Shown one piece after another: positions 12,871 through 24,200 of a stretch of DNA of 64,000 nucleotides. The position numbers and the translations under genes were made by a program. The notes under the pieces were generated by a model, which saw only the letters and a list, made by a program, of their open reading frames with translations, did not search any database and was not told where the DNA came from. Position 1 is the first letter of the stretch; each line of letters opens with the position of its first letter. Source of the DNA: Phyllobates terribilis (lineage: Eukaryota); contig NW_027362762.1 of the NCBI RefSeq assembly GCF_046119375.1, positions 471,758,001 through 471,822,000 of the forward strand, written 5' to 3'.

Positions 12871-13526
12871 CTACTTTCCTACATATCCCAACCAGATCCT
12901 CAATAACCCCTGGTGTCTCACACAGTCTATTCTATCATGATGCAAAAACAGATTGTAGGGAAGAAACTAGTGAACAGAGCCTAATTTAAGGTTGCTTCAA
13001 GTTAAAGTTTCTTGGATTACAGTCTGATCACATACTGAATAATTTCTTAACTATTTTTGACCAGTAAGACAAAATATCAAGTATAATAAGCACATTGACA
13101 ATTATTTAAGAACAGGCATTCTTTCAAGTGAAACCAGTCAAAGACAAAGCAGATAACATACAGTTTACCATAGTGAACTGTCAGTTTTACAAATTACGCT
13201 GTTCTACATATTTTCAAAATTTGTCAGATTCAATTATGAAATGAGTCCTTTCTTAATGATTTTGACCTCCTGAATTCAAATCTGACAATGAAAATTTTTA
13301 GTTGGCTCTTGTTTCTATTATATCAAAGAGTTTTCCTTCTACTGCTACATATAATTAATGCACTAAAGTTTTCACACTTAACATTTTTGCAAATATGAAG
13401 ATGCAGAATATTTTGGTATGTCAATTCTCTGATAATTATTTAGAGAATACTTAGCAAAAATTCAGTTAACTAAATCATGTCTGAAAAAACAGTTCCAGAA
13501 ATTGCACTACAAAATTTGGCCCTCAT

Positions 13527-16472
13527 TAGTGATGAGTGAGCATGCTCGCCACTATTCGGTATTCGCCCGAGCATCTCAGTGCTTGAGATGCTCATTGCTC
13601 AGCAAGTAACTTTAAAATGTTTGGGTGGGAGCAAGAGTCCCCGCCTAGCTTTTTTGGAGATGTTTTGACAGCAAATTAACATGCGGGGATTGCTTGCCAG
13701 TCACTAATGCCACAGCCATGTTGGTTGTGGCATTACAGGGAGTGACTTGCCGCATAGTGTCATTGGGTCTATATAAGACTCGGGACCCTATGCTCGTCAG
13801 TCTACTTGTCAAAGGCACAGGGAGATTGGCAGCTGAGCGAGGGAGAGAATTGGCTGTCATTTTAAACAGATTCCACACCACTATTAGAAATCTACTCTAG
13901 CAGTCATTCTAATAACCAATTTTGATGCATATCAATCCTGATAGTAGGAGTTAGGCAGGCAGAGTTTGTGAAGAGCGTATACAAGAGAATAGGGTTCATT
14001 GCATGTTATTTCTGCTGCTGTTACTAATATCCATAGCTTTAGATATCAGGGCTAATTATCATTTTGCCTTTAATCCTGATAATTTTGGTGAAAAGCAAAA
14101 TACTACAGCATTTTTACTGCTCCATTTGCTTGTTAGCAGCATACAGCCAGATTTGGTTGATTTTATTAGCATTGCTGTATTATGGAAGCAGAGAAACTTG
14201 TCCATCATTAGACGTGATCCTATATTATTGCAGTAATAATTTTGACATTTTTGGGAATGTGACAAATATTCTACTCCATTTAAAGTCTGCCAGTTGTGTG
14301 TTTAAACCTAGTCACACTTGGTTGCTGACCAATACCATATTTATTAGGCCTCTGCCTAAAACCGTGGTCAGACGTGATCCTATATTACTTCGGTAATAAT
14401 CCTGACATTTGTGGTAGCGTGACCAACATTCTACTCCATTTAAAATGGGCAAGGCGCGTGGCAAGTATAGTATACCATATTATAAGGCCACTGCCTAAAA
14501 GCATGGTTATCAGACTTGATCCGATAGTACTACGCGTGGCAAGGGACTGGGAAGTGGATGTGATGGTGCACCCAGAGGCCGAGGCCATGGGCAAGCTGAA
14601 ATTGTGCGTGCTGAGAGAGCACAACAAGCTTTCCACTTTCTAGGGGGCAGCGGAACACCGCTCTTGAAGCCAGAGCAGCATGAAAAGGTTTTTGGTTGGA
14701 TAGCAGTTAATGCTTCAAGTCAATTTTCCACCACCAACCTGTCTTTCACATGGTCCAGTCTCACTAGCTGTGAGTCTGAACCACATATTCCTCACCCTGA
14801 TCCTCCTTCCTCCCACAATGCCAAGCGCACGGAAACAAAGGAATCCACACTGGGAAACTCTAAAGAGCTGTTCACATTTCCATTTATAGATTCTGGCCTC
14901 TCATTTGGTCTGCTTCAAATGGGGCAAGAGGAAACCGCATGTATTAATGCCCAAATATTTGAACACCCACGGTCACATGAAGGAGACAATGGTAAAGTGC
15001 AATTACTGTCTCAAGAGGGTGTGTATTTTGATGACGAGGTGGTGTACGATTAAGTCACTGACCCAACCTGGCAAGGTGACATGCATAGCAAGGACAGCAG
15101 CACAGAGGGGGAGGCAGGCATAGCACCACAACAGGCAGGAACAAGCAGTTGGGTGGCCACAGACAAAGCGGGCAGCAGTTCCACAGAACACTAACAAGAG
15201 GGAAGTTGCCAGTTCAAGTGTTAGTCTTTAAAAAAAGAGCCAGACTCGGGAAGACCTGTCAAGTTACCCCAAAAAGGCCATTTGCAACCTCAGCCATGCC
15301 ATCAGCAGGGGCAGCAAAACTACCAGCCTGACCACCACCAGCATGTTCAGGCACATGGCAGCAAAGTACTCGACTAGTTGGGCCGAACATCAGGGTCCAG
15401 AAAGTCTCTGCGGTTGACACCACTGCCTTTTCTGCTGTTAGGCGTGCATGTCAATACCCTGTCTATGGCACAGGCGAAGATGCCTCCCGCCCTGCACCTG
15501 TCATTGCACTTGCAACCACCACTATCAGCAACCACATGCATGTCCATGTCCCAGCACAGCATTTAGTTGTCCCTACCCCATTCCTTGTAACACAAAAGCA
15601 AATACACAGCCCACAACCCACAGGCCACAATACTAAACTGCCTCATTTCTCAAATGCTTGCACTTGAAATGATACCTTTTAGGTTCGTGGAGACTGAATT
15701 TTTCCGCAACCTCATGGCGGCGGCCGTCCCTCTGTATTCGGTCCCCAGCCGCCACTATTGCCCCCGGTGCGCCGTCCCCGCATTACACAAGCCCATGTAC
15801 CCGTGCCCTTAACAGTTACTGGGAAGGTCCACCTAACCACATAAACATGGACAAACGCTTGTGGCCAGGAATGGTACTTCTCGCTGATGGCACACTGGGT
15901 AAATATCGTAGAAGCCGGGACCCAGTCGGACCCTGGGACGGATCACATTCTCCAGACGCTGAGGATTGTGGGCCCCAGGTCAATCAGGGTTGCTTCCACA
16001 TTCTATAGCTCCTGCACCTTTTCTTTAGTCTCCATCTCTGAAATGACGACAACAGTCAGATGCTGGAAGGACTGCAGCACTGCCTCGGCCAAGCGACAAT
16101 AGGCTGTGTTGAAGGTAATATGGTTAGGTGACAATCTGCACACTGCTGCAGTTGATAAAAGCTTTAACAGTAGGCAGATCCATGGCTCTCACCGCTGAAC
16201 CTACAGCCAGGCATGGTCATGTGTGACAATGGCTGAAACCTGGTGGTGGCTCAGAGGCTTGGCAACCTTTTACACAACCAATTCCTGGCCCATGTGCTCA
16301 ATCTAGTGGTTCAGCGGTTTCTCAAAACCCATCTGCTTGTCAAAGTATGCTCTGCATATGTGCTTATTTCAGGAAGTCAGCTACAGCTTCCACCGCTCTC
16401 GCTGTACTTCAGCAGCATTTGCAGCTTCCAGCTCACCAACTGGTGTGCGATGACACCACGCGTCAGAACTCA
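13527..16472 (+). mobile_element. hAT copy A: 5' TIR, subterminal region and pseudogenised BED-finger transposase, 3' truncated
   Basis: TIR TAGTGATGAGTGAGC at 13527. Start ATGGGCAAGGCGCGTGGC at ~14445. Remnants of the BED finger (~15270-15370), AHWVNIVEAG, LAHVLNLVVQRFLK and CD..TR. Many stops and frameshifts. Confidence 0.9.
14211..14545 (+). repeat. ~160-bp subterminal tandem repeat overlapping the transposase start of copy A
   Basis: GACGTGATCCTATATTA...CTACTCCATTTAAA occurs at ~14211 and ~14371, with a partial third unit at ~14467-14530 flanked by a duplicated CGCGTGGCAAG. Confidence 0.75.
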
Positions 16473-16499
16473 GGCATATCCGCCTGTCAACTGAAAATG

Positions 16500-19400
16500 C
16501 TATCAGTTTTAATACCCGCATTGGCACTAGAACCACAATATGACAAAATGCTAGTTGCAGGGCAGGCCAGGGCCTCCAAGGCGTAGAGAGTTCTTGCATT
16601 TATCTAGCTTGGATACTTAATTATAAGCCACTCAACTGCTCTCTGCTGCTTAAAAGCATTCCAAACATCTGCCACATTGATTTCCAACGCATATTCACAT
16701 CACACACCAGTTGGTGAGCTGGAAGCTGCAAACGCTGCTGAAGCCCTGTTAGGGCTGCGGAAGCTATAGCTGACTTTCTGAAATGGGTACACACTAGTGT
16801 TAAGCCACCCCCGTAGTGTTCGGGTTCGGTCCGTCGACCACCCTCAAACGGTCCGTCGACCACCCTCAAACACCGTTAAAACCAATGGCAGGGATTGTTT
16901 GCCACTCACTTTAATACCACAGCCATGGTGGTTGTGGCATTACAGTGGTTGCCCAAATCATTGGGAACAGTGCTCACAGTGAAACATGAAAAGTCGGCAA
17001 TTAAGCAGCGGCATACACCAGTACCTGACAATTTAGAACATTAAGTATAGAGCATCACACATAGATTAGATAGATATTATATATGTGACTGACATGTTTC
17101 TAAGTACAGTGATAGTGTTGATTACTGTACTTATTGGGTTAAAATAAAGGATTTATTTAAAAAATTGGCGTGGGGTTCCCCGTAATTTTAGTCTCTAGCG
17201 GAGGTTAAGCAGACGGGTGGGGCAGATGTTTGAAGTCTGGGAAGGGGGTAATACCCACGGAGCTTCCCAGGCTACTAATATCAGCCCCCAGCTGAATACC
17301 TAGCCTTTACTAGCTATTAAAATTGGGGACCCAAAAAAAATGATGTGGGGTCCCCCCTCCGCAGCGTGGGGTCCCCCCTCCGCAGCGCAGGGAGGCCCAA
17401 GCTTTTGGGGCCACCCCCAGCTGCAAATTGCAGTCCGCAGCCATCCCAGAAAATAGCGCGTTCATTGAAGCGCCAGCTTCTGGCGCTGTACCCAACTCAT
17501 CCAGGGCCCTGGTGCAGTGGCTCACTGGGTAATAAATGGGTTAGGGCCAGCTTGGTATTATCAGCTGGCCCTAAGCCTGAAATTCATGGGGTCAAGCCAA
17601 TATTAGACATGACCACCATGAATTTCTAGTAAAGTATTTAAAAAAAACACAACACCCAGAATAAAGTCCTTTAAATGAAATAAACACACATTCCTTTAAT
17701 GTTCTAAATTAAACCATACTTACAGTCACGCCCATTCCAGCTGAAGCCAACGATCTCCTGCAATAAAAATAAAGTAAACCAACCTCATCCTTACCTTTCC
17801 ATGGTTCCCAGGACAGCTTCAGCTCTGCTACATTGACATGACAGGCTCGATCGTAGCAGAACGCTGCCATCCAGCTTGCCATGCCGCAGACACTGAGAAG
17901 CTCCTCAGTGTCTGGCTGTGACGGCATCCAGATGAGCAGAGTTCATGTCCAATGAACTCAGCTCACCTCATGCACGTCACTGACAGCGTGGGAGAATTCT
18001 CCTGCGCTCAGCGCTTGAGCAGGATAATTCTCCCGCGCTGGGATGGCATTGAGATGACAGGGTGGATCGTAGCTGAGCGCTGCCATCCAGCTTGTCATCC
18101 TTCATAGACACTGCAGAGCGCAAGCATGCCTCCCAGCGTGGGAGAATTCTCCTGTTCAAGCGCTGAGCGCAGGAGAATTCTCCCACGCTGTCAGTGATGT
18201 GCATGAGGTGAGCTGAGTTCATTGGACATGAACTCAGCTCACCTCATCTGGATGCTGTCACCTCAAGACACTGAGGAGCTTCACTGAGGAGCTCCTCAGT
18301 GTCTGTGGCATGGCAAGCTGGATGGCAGCGTTCTGCTGCGGTCCAGCCTGTCATGTCAATGTAGCAGAGCTGAAGCTGTCCTGAGAAGGAAAGGATGAGG
18401 TTGGTTTATTATTTTACTTTTATTGCCAAAGACATTACCTTAAGCTGGAATGGGCGATACGGTAAGTAGGGTTTAATTTAGAACATTAAAGGAATGTGTC
18501 TTTATTTCAATTAAAGGACTTTATTCTGGGTGTTTGTGTTTTTTTTTAACTTTGACTATGGGGTTAGTAATGGAGGTGTCTTATAGACGCCTCTCCATTA
18601 CTAACCTGGGCTTGATGTCAGTTGGCATTATAAGCTGACATCAACCCCATCCTTATTACCCCACTGCCACCGCTACAGGGCAGTGGCAAGAGCAAGGCTA
18701 AGTGCCAGAATTGGCGCATCCTATGGATGCGCCATTTCTGGGGCGGCTGACAGCTGGTGTTTCTAGCCTGGGAGGGGCCAATATTCATGGCACCCTTCCT
18801 GGGCTATTAATATCAGCCCCCAGCTGTCTGCCTAGCCTTTGCTAGCTATTAAAATAGGAGGGGACCCCAAATCTTTTTTTTTGGGGTCCCCCATTTTAAT
18901 AGCTAGTAAAGGCTAGGTATTCAGCTGGGGGCTGATATTAGTAGCCTTGGTAGCTCCATGGGTATTACCCCCCTCCCAGGCTTCAAACATCTGCCCCAAC
19001 AGTCTGCTTAACCTCTGCTGGAGACTAAAATTACGGGGAACCCCACGCCAATTTTTTTTTTAATAAATCCTTTATTTTAACACTAAATGACAAGTACAGT
19101 AACCAACACCATCACTGTACTTATTATATATTTGAGTGACATGATTCTATCGATCTAATCTGTGTGTGATGCTCTATTCTTTCTGTTCTAAATTGTCGGG
19201 TAGCGGTGCATGCCGCTGATGAATTGCCGGCTTTTCATGTTTCACTGTGAGCACTATTCCCATCGATTTGGGCAACCACTGTAATGCCACAACCACCATG
19301 GCTGTGGCATTACTGTGAGTGGCAGACAATCCCCGCATGATTGAAATCCAGTTACGCTTTTGGTGCACGAACAGTTATCGAACATAATCTCGAACAGCCC

Positions 19401-21110
19401 AATTTTTTGCAAATCGTTAGAGTTCGTCGAACACGGCTCATCTCTAGCACACGCGGCGTACTTTCACAAACCGCTCTGGTAGATCCGTTTAGGTTTTGAG
19501 AAACCGCAGAACCACTAAGTTGAACACATGGGCTAGGCATGGTAAGTGTGCAAGCTTGCCTAGCTTTAGAGCTGCCATCAGGTTCTCTGATACAGCTTTC
19601 AACAACTCTGCAACGTTGTGCGGTTTGTCTTCTACACATACAATCCTGCTTATTGATATTGGCATACAAAGTTGAAGTAAATAATCTGGAATATCTCTTG
19701 AAAAAATATATTCAGTAATGGAAATGGAGGCTGAAGAGGAGGAGGTGGTGCAGGAGGTGTAGAATGTAGGGGCAACGATGATTGATCCAGGGCCTGCAAT
19801 CTCTGAGTCAAGAGAATGTTTTCTGTCACAGGGTCCCGACTTCCACAATATTAACCCATTGGAATGAGTCAGTGTGATGAATCGTCCCTGGCCACATTCA
19901 CTTGTCCACTTGTTTGTGGCTAGGCGGTCCTTCCCACTAAGTGCACTGGGGAGGGCATGGGTAATGTTCTGGGACCCACACTTGTGGAAGGCAGAGATGA
20001 TACCGGGAGAAATATTGGTGGGTGGGGACCCAGTATGGACACCCGGCCACCGACTTGAGGTTGTGGAAAGCTTCCACCTCCACGAGCCTAAAAGGCAACA
20101 TTTCGAGTGAAGCAAGCAGTCCAGAAATGTGGCAGTTTAGTATAGCGGCCTGTGGGTGGGTGGTTTGCTTCATAATTGAGCATGCATTTCAAGGACTGTG
20201 GTAGGGACAACTGAACGTTACGAAGGGACAAGGATGTGGACGGCGATGGCTGCAAGTCTGCAATGACAGGCGAAGGTGCCTCCTACCCAGCACATGTGCC
20301 ATGGACAGGGGATTGGCATGCACGCACGACAGCAAAAGAGGCAGTGGTGTCATCCGCAGTCACTGTTTCTACACCTTGGTGTTTGGCCCAGGTAGTCAGG
20401 TGCTTTGCTGTCATGAGCCTGAGCATGCTGGTGGTGGTCAGGCTGGTAGTTTTGGTGCTCTTGCTGATGTTGGCCTGGCAGATGTTTCAAATGGCCTTTT
20501 TGGGGTTATCTGAACAGTCTTTAAAAGAGAACCAGACTTGGGAAGACCTAACAGTTGTAGTAACTTCCATCATGTTGGTGTTCTGGGTAACAGTTGCCCG
20601 CCTTGTATCTGTGGCCACCACACTGCTTGTTCCTGCCTGCTGTGGTACTATGCCTCCCTCTGCATGTCCCCTTGCCAAGTTGGGTCAGTGACTTCATCGT
20701 CCACTGCTTCGCCTTCCACTTCCGCACTCTGGTCCTCCTCCTGACTGTCCAATGGGTGTCATCATTATCCACCTCTTGTGACAGTATTTGCACTTTCAGG
20801 TTACCATGGCTGTTCAAATCGCTACATGCGATCTTCTGTTGCCCTGATCGAAGGTGGCCAGTCGAGAGGCCCAAATTTATCGTTGGACAAGTGAACAGCT
20901 CTTGGGGTATCCCTGGACTCTAATCTCTCCTACAAACCACATATCCAAGCTCTTTCCACTTCCAAGTGGACCAAGCGAGAGGCCAGAATCTATAAATGGA
21001 AAGATGAACAAAACAACTCTTCGGAATGTCCAAGCGTGGGATCAGTCGTCTCAGGGCACTTGGAATGGTGGGAGGAAGGCTGATCAGGGTGAGGAAGATG
21101 CCAACACCAA
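16500..21110 (-). mobile_element. hAT copy D: pseudogenised transposase, interrupted by element B and cut at its 5' end by an L2 fragment and copy E
   Basis: ORFs 19489-20115 (LTTNKWTS..QGRFITLT), 19352-19669, 16621-16869 (HFRKSA..LQLPAHQLVCDV..RWKS) and 20487-20678. Confidence 0.9.
16795..19446. mobile_element. Element B: 2.65-kb non-autonomous fold-back hAT element with nested inverted repeats and no coding capacity
   Basis: Ends are TAGTGTTAAGC and GCTCATCTCTA. The 8-bp flanks GTACACAC and GCACACGC match at 6/8. The flanks rejoin the transposase of D (KVRRVC-THFRK). Outer arms ~16900-17330 and ~18880-19350; inner arms ~17650-18050 and ~18120-18550. Confidence 0.9.
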
Positions 21111-21114
21111 GTAA

Positions 21115-21289
21115 AAAAACTCTCCCGATTACACACATTCCTCAACCACGATTCCGCACCACCACTAGTGCACACCCTCATCTCCCTTCTCGATGACTGC
21201 AACCTCCTGCTCTGTGGCCTCCCTTCTAACACTCACATTCCTCCAATCTATCCTAAACTCTGCTGCCCTGCTAATCCATCTGTCCCCTC
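21115..21289 (+). mobile_element. L2-clade LINE fragment (C-terminal RT region)
   Basis: Translates as HTLISLLDDCNLLLCGLPSNT...LQSILNSAALLIHLSP and matches the reverse complement of 59400-59590. Confidence 0.85.
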
Positions 21290-24200
21290 TAGCTATCAGC
21301 GAGCATGCTTGCTACTGCTCGGCGCTCGCTCGAGCTTCTCCCTGCTCGAGATGCTTGGAGCTCGCCGGGTATTTCCGGGGTTGCTCGGCGGGAGCTAGGG
21401 CTCCTCCCTGCATGTTTGGCACTCTTTCCAGAGCCAACAAACATGCAGGGATTGCCTGCCACTCACTAATGCCTTAGCCATGTTGGTTGACACACAGAGT
21501 CATCAGGTCTATATCAGACCTGGTGCCGCCATGCTAGTCACAGTCACTCAGGAATCAGACAGTGTAGGGAGAGGTGCTGCTGAGCTAGGGAGAGATTAGC
21601 TTTTTTCTTGTTAGTGTAGGTGTACCAAACTATATTATAGATACAAATCCATCTAAACAGTCCTTCTGGGGACTAATCCATCAGCAGAGATCAGGCAGGC
21701 AGTGTATATAGGCAGGCAGGGTATATAGCAGACTGCAGTGCACATAGCACAAAAGGCTCCATTCCAGTTTTGTCTGCTGCTGCTGTTAGATATTTCTAGA
21801 AATAGGCCCAGGTCTCAGGGGCCTGGAATAATGAGGATTATTTGCTTAAAATGCAATCCAGAGAACACCATTCTGCGCCATTTGCTTGTTGGTACTGCAG
21901 AATACAGCCAGGTTCTTTCCATATTACAGAGCCAAAAATCCAGCTATTTTTAACTGTGGTTTGTCCGTCACACGAATCACAAGTTCGTTTCAAATTCAGT
22001 CATTTGTAGTGAGCATGGAAGATAATGTCCTCCATTTAAAATGGGCAAAGCACGTGGCAAGGGACAGGGAACTGGACATGATAGTGCAAGCAGAGGCCAG
22101 CGCCTCAGTAGCTGTGAGTCTGGACTACATATTCCTCACGCTGAACCTCCTTCCTCCCACCGTGCCGAGTGCCCAGAGACAGCTGATCCCAAACTTGGAC
22201 ACTCCGAAGAGCTGTTCACTTTTCAATTTATAGATTCGGGCCTGTCGCACGGTCCACTTGTAGCGCGGCAAGAGGAGATCGCATGTAGCGATGGCCAAAT
22301 ATTTGAGCAGCCACGGTCACACGAAGGCAATTGTGGGAAAGTGTCACAAGAGGTGGACGTTGAGACAATTGCCAGAAAGTCAGGAGGAGGACCAGAGTGC
22401 GAAAGTGGAAGACTAGGTGGTGGATGATATAGTAACTGACCTAACCTGGCAGGAGGACATGCAGAGTGAGGACAGCAGCACACAGGGGGAGGGAGGCAGA
22501 GCACCACAACAGGCAGGAAGAAGCAGTGTGGTGGCCGCAGAAACAAGGCAGGCAACCGTTCCCCTTAACACCAACACGAAGGAAGTTGCCAGTACAACTG
22601 TTAAGTCTTCTCGAGTCTGTTTTTTTTTTTTTAAAGACTCTGCTGATAACCACAAAGAGGCCACTTGCACCACCTGCCAGGCCAGCATCAACAGGGGTGG
22701 CAAAACGACCAGCCTGACCACCACCAGGATGATCAGGCACATGGCAGCAAAGCACCAGAATTTGTGGGCCGGACCACAGGGTCCAGGAACAGTGTCTGCG
22801 GGTGGCACCACATCCGCTGTTGTGCATGAAAGCCAATACCCGGTCCATGGTGCATGCGAAGATGCCTCCTGTCCTGCACCTGTCATTGCACACTCAAGTA
22901 GCAACATCAGGAAGCAGGCCAACGTCCTTATCCCAGTGCAGCATTCAGTTGTCCATACCCCAGTCCTTGGAACGCAAAAACAAATACGCAGCCAACGCCC
23001 CACAGGCCACACAACTAAATTCCCACATTTCAAGACTGCTTGCGCTAGAAATGTTGCCTTTTAGGCTCGAGGAGACGGAATCATTACGAAACCTGATGGC
23101 AGCAGCCATCCCTCGGTACTCGGTCCCCAGCCGCCACCATTTCTCCAGGTGTGCAGTCCCCCGCATTGCACAAGCACGTGTCCCAAAACATTAGCAGTGC
23201 CCTCAGCGCAGTTACCGGGAAAGTCCACCTAACCACAGACATGTAGACAAGTGCTAGTGAGCAGGGACGGTACATCTCGCTGACAACACACTGGGTTAAC
23301 ATAGTGGAAGCCTGGACCCAGTCAGACCTTGGCATGAAACATGTCCTCCCGACGCCAAGGATCACAGGCCCTAGGTAAATCAGGGTTGCCCCCACAGTCT
23401 ACAGCTCCTGTACCTCATGCTCCTCAGCCTCCTCCTCCGAAATGACCACGTCAGTCACAAGCTGGAAGCACAGCAGCACTGCCTCGGCCAAGTGGCAACA
23501 GGCTGTGTTGAAGCGAATATGATAAGGTGAAAAACCACACAATGCTGAAGAGTTGTGGACAGCTCTGAAAGAGCAGGCAGATCTGTGGCTCACACCGCTG
23601 AACCTACAGCAAGGCATGGACATGTGTGACAATGGCCAGAACATGGTGGCAGCTTTGAGGCGAGGCGAGTTCACATGTACCATGCCTGGCTTATGTGCTT
23701 AACCTCGTGTTTCAGAGATTTCTCAAATCCTACATGGAGCTGCCAGCTCTGTGCTTATTTTAGAAGGTCAGCTACAGCTTCTGCAACTCTTGCCATGCTT
23801 TAGCAGCGTTTGCAGCTTCCGGCTCACAGACTGGTATGTGATGTCCCCACGCGTTGGAACTGTACACTGCAGATGTCGGGAAGGATTTGTGAGCAGAAGA
23901 GGGCAGTTGTTGAGTACCAGCATCAACAAGGCCGTCTGTATTCAGTTCAGACTCCACACATAAGACCTCAGGAGTGGACATGGATGTCAGACACTCCACC
24001 AAGATGGTGAGCGGTGATGACACCATAATTAGCGTCACCACCCAGCTTCTGTCTTCTTAAATGCTCTCTGCTCACAATCAGAGGATGCATTGCAGGCAGA
24101 GCATGATGAGATGGAGCAAGGAACCATACAGCGTGATTACACACAGCCCAGCCTCATCTCATCCCAACATGGATTGGGTGACAATGAAGAGGAGGAGGAG

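Noticed and set aside
12960-13520. Possible terminal fragment of another DNA transposon
   Set aside because: It is AT-rich with no paired TIR or coding remnant that I can support.
22417-23064. BED-finger ORFs (also 51819-52934) as a domesticated ZBED host gene
   Set aside because: They lie inside TIR-bounded multi-copy elements and are followed by stops and frameshifts before the catalytic domain is complete.
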